From Enterobacteria phage Aplg8, in sequence record NC_054902.1: a stretch of DNA of 64,000 nucleotides. One strand, written 5' to 3'. This document shows positions 10,517-20,255 of the stretch, one piece after another (within the stretch, counting starts at the first letter, position 1; every line of letters begins with the position of its first letter). A program made the translations under genes and the position numbers. A model generated the notes under the pieces. That model made no database searches. It saw nothing but the letters and a program-made list of their open reading frames with translations, and was not told the DNA's origin.

Positions 10517-10546
10517 ATTATACCACATCCTTGTGGTAAAGTAAAC
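10517..10546 (-). promoter_or_regulatory. early promoter (GTTTAC / TATAAT)
   Basis: minus-strand GTTTACTTTACCACAAGGATGTGGTATAAT; -35 at 10546..10541, -10 at 10522..10517. Confidence 0.7.
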
Positions 10547-12366
10547 TACTGGCTCATCCATTCTTTGCGAAGGTCAGCATTATCTCCCATGAGCATTTCA
10601 AAAAGCTCTTTCCAGTTCTCAGGAAGTTTAACAACATCATATACTGGATTTTGAATCATCTCACGATATTCAGATTTTTCCAAAGAGCCAAGTCCTTTAA
10701 TATAACGGATGCTATGTTTAGGTAGAGCATCTTTGGCACTCTCATATTCAGCGACTGTATAAAACCATTCTTGTTTTTTACCGACCTGAGCGATGATTAC
10801 AGGAGTTTTGACAAAGCGAATTCGTCCTTGCTCAAACAATTCTGGCCAATTACTAAAAAACCCGAGCAGAGAAGGATAAATGCTTCCTAGACCATCATGG
10901 TCAGCATCAGTCATAATAGCAATATTGCGATAATTCAAGTTTTCAGCTTTTTCACCAAGAACTAGACCAGTGATTGCGCAAATATCAAATAGTTCTTTGT
11001 TTTTAAGCATATCGGCATATGACATACCCCAGCTATTAAGAACTTTACCGCGCAATGGATAACCACCATGAAGTTCTTTATCGCGAACATCAATAAGATA
11101 TCCGATAGCTGAATCACCCTCAGTCAAGAACAATGTAGTGTCAGCATCTTTACCGCAAAGATTCGCTTTGATATGTTTGTGAACCTTAGCTTTAGAAGCC
11201 TTTTTAGCTGCTTTAGTTTCTGCTGCTTTTTCTGCCGCCAATTTACGAGCCAAAGCAGCTTCAATAATCGGCATTAAAATTGCTTCATTATTTAGAATAG
11301 CGCGTGAAATCTTTTTAGCATCAAGTTGAATATGACTACGGATTTCACCAAATGGAGAAGTCAAACGCTCTTTAGTTTGAGAATCAAATCGCATGTTTTT
11401 CATATCACGAACAAACATAACGATAGTCAAACATTCTTTGACACGCGCTTTGGTTACATCAATTTTGAACTTACGTTTGATTTGTGGAATAAGGTCTTCA
11501 CAAATATCATCCATAACACAGTCAATGTGATGGCCACCATTCTTAGTATGAATGTTATTGACGTATGTTAATTGACGAAAACCATCCGGTGAACGACCAA
11601 CCGCAATAGAACAATTTTCTTGTTCTTGAACGATAGCATGTTCATCATATTGGCGTGCGTATTTCTTAAAATTACCCTGAACCTTTTTACCATTAAAGGT
11701 AAATTGAATATCAGGATAAACAACAGCAAGTGTTTGGAGACGATCTAGTGTAATGTCAAGATAAACTTGGGACAGCTCATTAGTTTCAAATGACATAAAA
11801 TCAGGAATGAAAGTAACACGAGTTCCTTTCCATTTTCCAGGAATATCTTCCCATGATTTATTTTCCATGCCATTTGAGCAACGAACTACAATATTATTTT
11901 GACCATCGCCAGTTTCACCGACAAACATCACAGAAAAAATGTTTGTCAAACTAGAACCAACACCGTTCATACCGCCAGTGACGCGTTCTTTATCATCACC
12001 GAAGTTACCACCTGCTTTTGGAATAGTCCATGCGGCAACAGGACCAGGAATTTCTTCACCGGTAGGTGTTTTAACCATCGCTTGTGGAATACCGCGACCG
12101 TTATCTTCAACTGTTACTTGATTGTTTTTAATAGTAACATTAATTTTATTTGCGAATTTAAACTTAGTACGAATACCTTCATCTACTGAGTTATCGATAA
12201 TTTCATCAATAAGCTTAACAAGACCAGGTACATACTGAACACTTTCCCATTTACCAAACAGAAAGCGCTCATGCATTTCATTAGCAGAAGAGCCAATGTA
12301 CATGCCACTACGCTTTTTGATATGTTCAATATCGCTCAGAATTTTAATTTCATTCTTAATCATCAC
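10546..12366 (-). CDS. 39: DNA topoisomerase II large subunit (GyrB-like), uninterrupted gene 39 (39+60 fused)
   Basis: 606 aa; N-terminal GHKL ATPase matches T4 gp39, C-terminal 120 aa match T4 gp60 (...NVAIMTDADHDGLGSIYPSLLGFFSNWPELF...) in one frame. Confidence 0.93.
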   Translation of the reverse strand: MMIKNEIKILSDIEHIKKRSGMYIGSSANEMHERFLFGKWESVQYVPGLVKLIDEIIDNSVDEGIRTKFKFANKINVTIKNNQVTVEDNGRGIPQAMVKTPTGEEIPGPVAAWTIPKAGGNFGDDKERVTGGMNGVGSSLTNIFSVMFVGETGDGQNNIVVRCSNGMENKSWEDIPGKWKGTRVTFIPDFMSFETNELSQVYLDITLDRLQTLAVVYPDIQFTFNGKKVQGNFKKYARQYDEHAIVQEQENCSIAVGRSPDGFRQLTYVNNIHTKNGGHHIDCVMDDICEDLIPQIKRKFKIDVTKARVKECLTIVMFVRDMKNMRFDSQTKERLTSPFGEIRSHIQLDAKKISRAILNNEAILMPIIEAALARKLAAEKAAETKAAKKASKAKVHKHIKANLCGKDADTTLFLTEGDSAIGYLIDVRDKELHGGYPLRGKVLNSWGMSYADMLKNKELFDICAITGLVLGEKAENLNYRNIAIMTDADHDGLGSIYPSLLGFFSNWPELFEQGRIRFVKTPVIIAQVGKKQEWFYTVAEYESAKDALPKHSIRYIKGLGSLEKSEYREMIQNPVYDVVKLPENWKELFEMLMGDNADLRKEWMSQ

Positions 12367-12390
12367 TTATCCTCGTTTGGTTTCGGGAAT

Positions 12391-12417
12391 ATTATACTCC
12401 GGTAATCATAAAGCTAA
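12391..12417 (-). promoter_or_regulatory. MotA-dependent middle promoter upstream of gene 39
   Basis: minus-strand TTAGCTTTA (MotA-box-like) - 12 bp - TATAAT. Confidence 0.5.
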
Positions 12418-12433
12418 AGGCCCGAAGGCCTTT
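12416..12433 (-). other. UUCG-tetraloop RNA hairpin (AAAGGCC UUCG GGCCUUU)
   Basis: perfect 7-bp inverted repeat with cgaa loop on plus strand, intercistronic. Confidence 0.65.
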
Positions 12434-12702
12434 TATTTAAAACGAATAGTTGAATCCTTAAAGAACAGCCCAGAACATACTGTTCCTTCTACTTTCTGCC
12501 CAGTAGGTCCAATAGCACGAAATCCAGTATGTTGGAAATCATTTTCAGAACAACCAAACCAATTATATCCAGTGATTTCAATATTAGTAAAACCACTTGA
12601 AGATAAAACTTTGGTTGCATTATCAGCATCAGTACATCCTGCTAAAGACACTGCTAATACTAATGCCGCGATAGAACGATTAATATATTTCATAATTTTC
12701 AC
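12433..12702 (-). CDS. putative lipoprotein
   Basis: 89 aa; signal peptide with lipobox LAGC near N-terminus. Confidence 0.55.
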   Translation of the reverse strand: MKIMKYINRSIAALVLAVSLAGCTDADNATKVLSSSGFTNIEITGYNWFGCSENDFQHTGFRAIGPTGQKVEGTVCSGLFFKDSTIRFK

Positions 12703-13070
12703 TCAAATTTAATGGCTTGAAGAAGACTAATAATTCTCAAGCGACTTCTTTCATCTTTAACTGTAAAAGAAAGAGGGTCACCAGATTTCATAGTAATAGT
12801 ACATTCAAAATCAAAATCTTCTGTGACTTCTTCGAAGAAGTCAAATTCTTCATCATAAATTAGAACATTACTCTGACAACTATGAAGAATTTTTCCATCA
12901 TTTCCAGATGCTGTACTAATCATTGTAACATTATGACCTTTCATATCTTCAACGATAAATTCACTAGTCAATATTACGGCATTAATAGAACTATTCCTAT
13001 TACTAGCAGAAAGTAGATATTTCTGTTCTTCACCTTCACGAATACGATATTTCTTACCGATTTTAAACAT
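12699..13070 (-). CDS. hypothetical protein
   Basis: 123-aa ORF, 4-nt overlap with downstream gene. Confidence 0.55.
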   Translation of the reverse strand: MFKIGKKYRIREGEEQKYLLSASNRNSSINAVILTSEFIVEDMKGHNVTMISTASGNDGKILHSCQSNVLIYDEEFDFFEEVTEDFDFECTITMKSGDPLSFTVKDERSRLRIISLLQAIKFE

Positions 13071-13072
13071 AA

Positions 13073-13249
13073 TTACCCTTTAAGTAAGTCGTAAAATCCA
13101 CCATTCACATGCTTAGGAGCAGAAGGCCGACGAATAGACAGACGATGACATTTAGGGCAAACATCATTTTCTCGTTCAGAAATCTTTTTAATTTTTTCAT
13201 ATTCATGCCCGCAATCTTCGGATTGGCATTTATAATCATACATTGGCAT
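13073..13249 (-). CDS. FmdB-like zinc-ribbon micro-protein (58 aa)
   Basis: hand-translated MPMYDYKCQSEDCGHEYEKIKKISERENDVCPKCHRLSIRR...; two CxxC pairs. Confidence 0.5.
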   Translation of the reverse strand: MPMYDYKCQSEDCGHEYEKIKKISERENDVCPKCHRLSIRRPSAPKHVNGGFYDLLKG

Positions 13250-13251
13250 AA

Positions 13252-13677
13252 TTATTCCTTAAAGTGAGCTTTCAACATCTGATACAAGGACCATGCATGT
13301 TCATTATTTTCAATAGTAACTTTCATGACTGGGAATTCTGTGAAATCTTCTATTTGTTCTTGCTCTTTCTCTTCCTGCTCTTGCTCTTCAACTGCCTGAT
13401 ATGGATTTTCCACTTCATCAAAGAACCCAGCTTCGTTAGTAGAAAGCCAAATAAAGTTTTCGTCAAGGATATCACCATGTGTTGCATATCCAACTGTGCC
13501 AGTAGATGTCACAATTTTAGTAGGACGACCAAGATGGTCAACATCTAAAATTTTAAAAGGATGCATACCTAAACGGCGTGCATAGATTCCGTTATCAGTA
13601 TGATCTTTAATAAAATTTTCTTGAGCTTGTTTATTTTTAAATTGATACCATTTATTAACTTCAAATCTAATAGCCAT
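13252..13677 (-). CDS. goF: GoF-like protein (mRNA metabolism modulator)
   Basis: 141 aa, matching T4 goF length and position; acidic [11 protein letters not shown] tract. Confidence 0.55.
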   Translation of the reverse strand: MAIRFEVNKWYQFKNKQAQENFIKDHTDNGIYARRLGMHPFKILDVDHLGRPTKIVTSTGTVGYATHGDILDENFIWLSTNEAGFFDEVENPYQAVEEQEQEEKEQEQIEDFTEFPVMKVTIENNEHAWSLYQMLKAHFKE

Positions 13678-13892
13678 TAATAAATTTCCTTCCAGTAAGT
13701 TGTACCGTCTTCAGTGATTTCACGGAATACACCATAAATCGGTTGTTTATCACCAACCTTTTCATACACATAAACCGAAGTCAAGTGAGTAAACTTGATG
13801 GTGTGTTCCTTTTGAACTACTACCAAATCTGGATCGAATAATACATCTTCAAATTCGTCATTAGTGCAATTCTGAACAATTTTACGTTTCAT
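13677..13892 (-). CDS. cef: Cef-like protein (modifier of suppressor tRNAs)
   Basis: 71 aa from MKRKIVQNC with GAGGAAA SD; size and position match T4 cef. Confidence 0.5.
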   Translation of the reverse strand: MKRKIVQNCTNDEFEDVLFDPDLVVVQKEHTIKFTHLTSVYVYEKVGDKQPIYGVFREITEDGTTYWKEIY

Positions 13893-13905
13893 TACAATTT
13901 CCTCA

Positions 13906-14187
13906 TTAATTGAACAGTGGAGCAATGCGTTTCAGAAGAGTAGCAGCACCTTTGGCGAATTTTACATCATGAAAAACAGTTTCTTCTTCCGTTACAACAC
14001 GAGCTTTAATGTTTTCACAATCCCAATTTTTGCGAACAATCTTCAAAAGCTGCAGTAAATCTTTACATTCAGCAATATCGATAACACATCCACGAGAATC
14101 TTCCATTATCGCACGATAACCGTAAGCCATACCATAATTGTTGAAAGATTGCTCGATGATAATTAAGTTTTCCATTTTATTCTCCAA
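13906..14187 (-). CDS. hypothetical protein
   Basis: 93-aa ORF downstream of an early promoter-like element. Confidence 0.5.
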   Translation of the reverse strand: MENKMENLIIIEQSFNNYGMAYGYRAIMEDSRGCVIDIAECKDLLQLLKIVRKNWDCENIKARVVTEEETVFHDVKFAKGAATLLKRIAPLFN

Positions 14188-14282
14188 GTTGTTTTCTGTA
14201 TCAGTAGTTGATATTGATATAGTACCATAATCAACTACTGATGTATATAGTTTTATGAAAAAATTTTAAACTTTATGCAAAT

Positions 14283-14702
14283 TTATGCTAAAGCTGCTTC
14301 GCACCATTTTTTAATTTGGAATTCAGGAACTACCATGAACTGGCCTGCAAAAACAATATTGTAGAGCTTGACACCATCTTCTACCCAACGGTCCGAAATA
14401 AAACCAGCGACTTGATTCGTTGTCCATGGAGTTCCATCTGTTGCCGCCGCAATTGTGAATTTATGGTCTTTTACAACTAAAACTGAAGAACAAAGTTTCC
14501 ATTTAAATGCGCTTTCTTCTGGCTCAATGAACTGACTTGAGACATAACCAATGTTACCATCAGCGTCACGAACTTTAACCTCGTTACGACCAAAAACTGG
14601 ATCACTTACAGAAAGAACTTCAACCAGCTTTCCTGCAACTTTAGAACGAGAAGCAACGGATACATATACGTAATCACCAGTAGAGAGATTTACAATATTC
14701 AT
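14283..14702 (-). CDS. hypothetical protein, member of three-gene paralogue family
   Basis: 139 aa; C-terminal motif FISDRWVEDGVKLYNIVFAGQFMVVPE shared with next two ORFs. Confidence 0.6.
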   Translation of the reverse strand: MNIVNLSTGDYVYVSVASRSKVAGKLVEVLSVSDPVFGRNEVKVRDADGNIGYVSSQFIEPEESAFKWKLCSSVLVVKDHKFTIAAATDGTPWTTNQVAGFISDRWVEDGVKLYNIVFAGQFMVVPEFQIKKWCEAALA

Positions 14703-14711
14703 AATAATTCC

Positions 14712-15185
14712 TTAAGCTTTACGAGGAGAAGCATAACGAGTGATTTCAGATTCTTCAACAACCCGGAAGTCACCTAAAAATACAATATTGTATAGCTTTT
14801 TACCGTCTTCAATCCATTGGTCTGTGATGAAGCCACACATCCTATCAGTTTTACTTGGACCAGCGAAATCATCAATATAATCGAATTCTTCATCAGTTAC
14901 AAATTCAACGCCTTTACACAACGCCCATTTAAATTGTGCATTAGACTCAGTGGATTCAACTTCTTCAACAGAAGCAAAATGAGAGCTAACACGAGTTTCC
15001 AGAAATTTAGGACTTACGTAAGCGTACTGAGTTTCAGTTTTTCCAGAACTAGGAATGATTCGAACTTTAACTTCTATAACACGACCAGTACCATTAGTAC
15101 GAAGTCCTACCACTTCAACTAGACGACCTGCAGCTTTAGAACGAGATGCAGACGATACACGCTTAATTTCACCGATAGTAATCAT
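14712..15185 (-). CDS. hypothetical protein, paralogue family member
   Basis: 157 aa; C-terminal motif FITDQWIEDGKKLYNIVFLGDFRVV. Confidence 0.6.
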   Translation of the reverse strand: MITIGEIKRVSSASRSKAAGRLVEVVGLRTNGTGRVIEVKVRIIPSSGKTETQYAYVSPKFLETRVSSHFASVEEVESTESNAQFKWALCKGVEFVTDEEFDYIDDFAGPSKTDRMCGFITDQWIEDGKKLYNIVFLGDFRVVEESEITRYASPRKA

Positions 15186-15257
15186 AATTTTTCTCTCTTT
15201 GCTGTTAAGATTTATTCTCCATGAGAGCCATTATAACAGGCTCTCTATAAAGTAAAC

Positions 15258-15752
15258 TTAATTAAGGATATTAATTACTGCACTACGTGGAACTACACTA
15301 AAATCACCTGCATGAACAACGTTCAGAAGTTCAACACCGTCTTCAATCCACTGATCAGTTACCCATCCACTCACTGGACCTGCGAACGGACGTCGAATTG
15401 AAACAGCTTTACACAACAAATCAGTAGGCTCAATAGGCTTAACCAGAGTACCGTACATACAAGCGATATCCATATCAATACAGATGTCTTTAACGGGTTC
15501 TACTTCTTCAATCAACAGTTCAAAGTCGGTGCTTGGAAGGGCGGTAGTAGAAATTGTACCGTATGAATTTTTAATTTCTAAGAATAACCAAGGGCCTTCA
15601 GCTTGTTTGATGAAGTTAACAATAGTGAAACTATTACCTTGAGTGGCGCCTAAAATTTCACAAAACTTTTCATAAGCTCGCACTGAAGCACCATACCAGT
15701 TGATTTGCTTTTCGTCTTTCAGGATGTAAGTAGCTGTAGTACTGATATTCAT
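15258..15752 (-). CDS. hypothetical protein, paralogue family member (MotB position)
   Basis: 164 aa; C-terminal motif WVTDQWIEDGVELLNVVHAGDFSVVP. Confidence 0.6.
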   Translation of the reverse strand: MNISTTATYILKDEKQINWYGASVRAYEKFCEILGATQGNSFTIVNFIKQAEGPWLFLEIKNSYGTISTTALPSTDFELLIEEVEPVKDICIDMDIACMYGTLVKPIEPTDLLCKAVSIRRPFAGPVSGWVTDQWIEDGVELLNVVHAGDFSVVPRSAVINILN

Positions 15753-15764
15753 GATGTTTTCCCC

Positions 15765-16268
15765 TTAATCTAAGGTAATAAAGCCTTTTAATTCGGCATG
15801 TGACTTGCGGAACATTACTTGATGACCGCCAATGATAACTTGGTCATCAGGTACTTCGTATACAGCGAGATAAAATCCTTTAGAAGCTAATTCTTCACGC
15901 TCTTCTCGTGTGAACCATCTCATCATATCATATTCGCTAGCGAAAGCAAAATGATAAAGAGCTATAAACCATCCTGGAATATAGTGATCTACGCCTACAT
16001 ATTCTTCTTTCTCAAAATTAGTATTAATTGCTATATTAGCATTTTTAACTAATAATTTGTCTTCATGCGGCACAGGAATTCTTTTATTATCATTACTATG
16101 ATGCATAAAATTAGGTCTGTCATAACCTACGTGTAATAACCACTCTTCACTCCATGAATCTATTATACTCCTGTACGGAGTTATTTGAACACAAAGATCT
16201 CGACGTATTGTTATAGCATCTTCATAATTAAGAATACTAAATGATGATTCAACACGATAAATTTTCAT
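15765..16268 (-). CDS. hypothetical protein
   Basis: 167 aa from MKIYRVESSF; track ORF N-terminus is upstream leader. Confidence 0.5.
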   Translation of the reverse strand: MKIYRVESSFSILNYEDAITIRRDLCVQITPYRSIIDSWSEEWLLHVGYDRPNFMHHSNDNKRIPVPHEDKLLVKNANIAINTNFEKEEYVGVDHYIPGWFIALYHFAFASEYDMMRWFTREEREELASKGFYLAVYEVPDDQVIIGGHQVMFRKSHAELKGFITLD

Positions 16269-16331
16269 TTTATTATCCTCAGTAGCTATGGTGTTATAAT
16301 ACCACAACTAACCGAGGAAGTAAACAACTTT

Positions 16332-17015
16332 TTATCGTTTTGTTGGAAGAGACAGAGGATCGCACTCTTCCTCTGACGGAGCATCTTCAAGACCCATAGC
16401 GTATCGCAAAGCATACTTCATCATCAGGATGTCTTTCGCACAGTCATGAATAGAATCATGCGCAACGAATCCATCTAAGGTTCCCTTTGGAAGAGGACAT
16501 GTTGTCATATCACGAACAAGCAGAAGTGCTTCAATTCTGGTACGAATATCACGCTGATTCCAGAATTTACATGGTTCTAACTTAAATGTGTCAAGCTCAT
16601 TCTCAGAAACACCATTAAGACGTTGAATATCACGAATGAGATCGACTAAAATTGGAAAATCAAACGACATTCCACGGCACCAGCCTTGAGATTTCCAAGG
16701 ATCGATATTATGTGCATTGATGTAATCATTAAATTTTGCAATACCGTCGATAGTGCTTACATCTTCATCGGATGGTGCAATATTTTTTCGAGCTTCAGGA
16801 GATTGATTTTTCCACCATTCGATAGTGCTTTTAGTAAAAAGACGATGTCCTTTTTGGCTTTTTAAATCAAATTTGATTTTAATGCCACGTGAAACTAATT
16901 CATCAAACGTTTCAACTACTTCTGGGTTAGGGTCAAAAGCAATTACAGCCAAATCAATAACAGCTGCTTTTTCACCGCTTCCCATTGTTTCAAAATCTAT
17001 AATAAAATCAAACAT
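16332..17015 (-). CDS. dexA: DexA exonuclease A (DnaQ-like 3'-5' exonuclease)
   Basis: 227 aa (T4 DexA length); DEDD-type exonuclease motifs (FDFETMG..., HDSIHDCAKD); position next to dda. Confidence 0.85.
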   Translation of the reverse strand: MFDFIIDFETMGSGEKAAVIDLAVIAFDPNPEVVETFDELVSRGIKIKFDLKSQKGHRLFTKSTIEWWKNQSPEARKNIAPSDEDVSTIDGIAKFNDYINAHNIDPWKSQGWCRGMSFDFPILVDLIRDIQRLNGVSENELDTFKLEPCKFWNQRDIRTRIEALLLVRDMTTCPLPKGTLDGFVAHDSIHDCAKDILMMKYALRYAMGLEDAPSEEECDPLSLPTKR

Positions 17016-17257
17016 TAAATTTTCCTTGCTAAATCGCGAATTTGACCTACAGTATAATCTTGGATATAAACTTTATTAATAGGCTCATCAATAAATTTTG
17101 CCATAGATTCAATATCTTTTTGCATCTCTTCAAGACTGTATATTATCTTTAAAGCTTTTTCGCGAATAGTAATATTTTCAGGACCAGAATTTTTCTCAAT
17201 GACAGCTTTAACATTTGTCATAAGAGATTTAAACTGCTGCAAACTTAATTCAATCAT
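17015..17257 (-). CDS. small hypothetical protein (tandem paralogue a)
   Basis: 80 aa from MIELSLQQF; start overlaps stop of upstream ORF (ATGATTGA). Confidence 0.45.
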   Translation of the reverse strand: MIELSLQQFKSLMTNVKAVIEKNSGPENITIREKALKIIYSLEEMQKDIESMAKFIDEPINKVYIQDYTVGQIRDLARKI

Positions 17258-17510
17258 TAATAACCGCCTTATAAAGATGGCTAATTTCACCTAAAATGTA
17301 ATCACTGATTGTAACAGTTTTTACTTCACCACAAAAGAATTCTAACGCAATTAAATCTCGTTCAATTTCTTCTAATTGAAGCATTAACTTGCCAGATTCA
17401 ATTTTTACATTTCTACGATTTTTACTATAAGCTATTTCATAAATTTCGCTCACTTTATCTTGAAGCAGATAAAACTGGTCTTTAGTTATTTCCACGAATA
17501 GCTTCCTCAA
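17250..17510 (-). CDS. small hypothetical protein (tandem paralogue b)
   Basis: 86 aa; shares QF...LEE...DY..G.I pattern with ORF a. Confidence 0.45.
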   Translation of the reverse strand: MRKLFVEITKDQFYLLQDKVSEIYEIAYSKNRRNVKIESGKLMLQLEEIERDLIALEFFCGEVKTVTISDYILGEISHLYKAVIND

Positions 17511-17742
17511 ATTTAATTAGTAATTTACAGACACTTTCATCTAGTGTAATTACCGTATCTGTATTACTGTGATATGATTGTTTTTCAATTCGTTTAATTG
17601 CTAATATAGTATCACTTATAAGATAAAGCTTATGAAGGAGCTCAGCTCCTGTTACCATAACATCGAGATTATCTTGCTTATTAGTATGCTTCCTTATACC
17701 ATCTATTAGACGATTTAAATATTTTGAATTGATGTTAATCAT
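17482..17742 (-). CDS. small hypothetical protein
   Basis: 86-aa ORF between dda and dexA. Confidence 0.45.
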   Translation of the reverse strand: MININSKYLNRLIDGIRKHTNKQDNLDVMVTGAELLHKLYLISDTILAIKRIEKQSYHSNTDTVITLDESVCKLLIKFEEAIRGNN

Positions 17743-17748
17743 ATAGCC

Positions 17749-19068
17749 TCACACATAAAACACATCATAACGACCACGTGTTACACCAACATAAAGAAGT
17801 TGTTGAGCTAGTTCAGCATCTGCATAATGAATACAAGGCGTATAAATGAAAGCACGGTCTACAGACATACCCTGAGCTTTATGGAATGTTGATGCAGGAA
17901 GTGCTTTCACTTTACTAAACTGTGATTTAGCATCCCAAAAATCACTCCACGGAGCCTTTCCGCCTTTATTCCAATTTTTATAAGTTTCTGCCGTTTTACC
18001 TAAAAACAGGTTAAACTTATATAGCTCTTCATCAGATGAAATTATTTTAATCTTTTCACGATAATATTCATCATCGCCGTAAGTTTCTACTGTTAAATCC
18101 CAATGACGAATTAAGTATTCTCCAGGAACACCACGAGCTTTAACAAACGTTGATGTATACTCTGCTTCTATAATACGAACTAATTGTCCATTATTAAAAA
18201 TAATTTCTGATACAGGCTTTCCATCAATTTTATATGTTTTAATTAATGGTTCCTGCATTACAATAATTTCACCAACAATAAAATCTTTATCAGTTTCAAA
18301 AATCTTTTTACGAATAATATTGTTTAACTTGTCAACAGATTTATTCGTAAATGCCATTACGCGATTTTCAAACAAATCATCTAGTGATTTGACGATTGAA
18401 AAATAATTTACCATAAAATCGCGTAAAGCGGTATCACCAGTAAATCCACGTACTCCATGCCCGTCAACAACTTTATCATAAATCCACTTACCGTTACGAA
18501 CGTCAGTAGCTACATCAATAATAGGAGCATTACTGCGTTTAACTTCAGTGAGTTCACACTGATAAAAATCTTTATGCGTAAAGAATGGACTGATATAAGC
18601 AGTATTTTCTCCTGGGTCAACAGGTCTAATTTGCTTATTATCACCTATTCCAATTATAGTACACCACGGCGGGATAGTTGAAAGCAGAATTTTAAATAGC
18701 TTTCTATCATACATTGACACTTCATCGCAGATTAATACTCTGCATTTAGCTAAATCTGGTACTTCCTTCTGCTCAAAGAGGACATTTTCTTCATATGTTA
18801 CCGGGTTAATTTTGAGAATACTGTGAATAGTACTCGCTTCTTTCCCTGATAGTTTTGAAAGAATCTTTTTAGCTGCATGAGTAGGAGCTGCTAAAATAAT
18901 GCCAGTTTCGCCCGTAGATATTAAGGCTTCAATGATGAACTTAGTAAGAGTAGTCTTACCAGTACCAGCAGGTCCATTAATAGTTACATGATGTTTCTTT
19001 TCTTTAATAGCCCTCATAACAATGTTAAAGGCATTTTTCTGGCCTTCAGTCAAATCATCAAATGTCAT
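17749..19068 (-). CDS. dda: Dda DNA helicase (SF1B)
   Basis: 439 aa (T4 Dda length); Walker A GPAGTGKT; helicase motifs. Confidence 0.92.
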   Translation of the reverse strand: MTFDDLTEGQKNAFNIVMRAIKEKKHHVTINGPAGTGKTTLTKFIIEALISTGETGIILAAPTHAAKKILSKLSGKEASTIHSILKINPVTYEENVLFEQKEVPDLAKCRVLICDEVSMYDRKLFKILLSTIPPWCTIIGIGDNKQIRPVDPGENTAYISPFFTHKDFYQCELTEVKRSNAPIIDVATDVRNGKWIYDKVVDGHGVRGFTGDTALRDFMVNYFSIVKSLDDLFENRVMAFTNKSVDKLNNIIRKKIFETDKDFIVGEIIVMQEPLIKTYKIDGKPVSEIIFNNGQLVRIIEAEYTSTFVKARGVPGEYLIRHWDLTVETYGDDEYYREKIKIISSDEELYKFNLFLGKTAETYKNWNKGGKAPWSDFWDAKSQFSKVKALPASTFHKAQGMSVDRAFIYTPCIHYADAELAQQLLYVGVTRGRYDVFYV

Positions 19069-19376
19069 CGTAAATTCCCTGCAATTGGTATACTAACAAT
19101 ACGCCCAGTATCTAAAATTCGCCGATATAATCTTTGTGTGTCTACATCAGGCTTAACATGTTTAACTTCTATTTTATTAAACCAAAACTTGCGTGGAGTC
19201 TCAACTAATCTTGGAATTCCCTTACCTAAAGCTAATCGATACTGCTCTTTAAGAGTAGTAAATACTTTATCAGCAATATTCCATTCAAAAAATACAGCAG
19301 GACGATGTTCATCAAGCGGAACTGGCGCCGTAAATCCGTCTTTGTCTCGGTAAACTATCGCATATACATAAACCAT
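19065..19376 (-). CDS. hypothetical protein (dda.1 position)
   Basis: 103-aa ORF with 4-nt overlap on dda. Confidence 0.55.
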   Translation of the reverse strand: MVYVYAIVYRDKDGFTAPVPLDEHRPAVFFEWNIADKVFTTLKEQYRLALGKGIPRLVETPRKFWFNKIEVKHVKPDVDTQRLYRRILDTGRIVSIPIAGNLR

Positions 19377-19377
19377 A

Positions 19378-20133
19378 TTATCCTCGGATAAGTTTAAAAA
19401 TTGAACAATTTAGCGGGTATCCTCTTTTCAGTTTAAGTTTATCAATAAAAGACAAGTTTTGATACCGCTCTACACCTTGAATAATTTTATCACACATATC
19501 ATATTGCATTTCTGCTTCTGACAACTTTTTCACAATTTTCCAATCCGAGCCTTTAAGAAGAACGTTCAGTTTAACAACTTCAGCGCCTTCTGCTATGCGA
19601 GAACCATCAATACGAGCTTTAAGTGCTATAATTCTTAGCTTAATGTCAGAGGTCTGTTTTGATTTAGAAAGCTGAGAAATGTGTTCAATTCGGTTTTCAC
19701 GTTTTTTCTGTATAGCTTTAATTTGATTATAAGTCTTTTTGATTTTAGCCCATTTCTTTTCATCTAAATTTAGTTTATGAACTTTTTTCGCAGATGAACG
19801 ACCAATTCGCAAAGCAAACAAATCACGTTTTTCAATTAACTCCTCTAAAGTATAATCAGAACGAAATGTATTATACTTTTTCTTTACTGCAATAACATTC
19901 CCTTTAATGTATCCAACGTTATTATCAAAACGTTCTAATGATAATTTCTCTCCTTCAATACGATTATCAAAAGGTTCTCCCGAGTAAGCACAAACTTTTT
20001 GATCTAAAATGTTCTTAATGTAATTGAAGTCTAAGTTAAAATCTTTAGAACGTCTTTTTGCAGATGCCTGAGTATGCTCTAAACGACGTTTAATTTTACG
20101 AATTTGGTTATTAGACATATTATGCAGTTTCAT
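19378..20133 (-). CDS. srd: Srd-like protein (sigma-factor-like)
   Basis: 251 aa, very basic; size and position after dda.1 match T4 srd. Confidence 0.6.
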   Translation of the reverse strand: MKLHNMSNNQIRKIKRRLEHTQASAKRRSKDFNLDFNYIKNILDQKVCAYSGEPFDNRIEGEKLSLERFDNNVGYIKGNVIAVKKKYNTFRSDYTLEELIEKRDLFALRIGRSSAKKVHKLNLDEKKWAKIKKTYNQIKAIQKKRENRIEHISQLSKSKQTSDIKLRIIALKARIDGSRIAEGAEVVKLNVLLKGSDWKIVKKLSEAEMQYDMCDKIIQGVERYQNLSFIDKLKLKRGYPLNCSIFKLIRG

Positions 20134-20255
20134 ATTTTTATCACATCTTACGGACGATTGACTACTATACTATAACATTTTTACTTTAACTTGTAAACAA
20201 CTTTATGTAAAAATGCTTTAAAAATTTCATGGTATAATGAATCTAAGTCCTTCCA

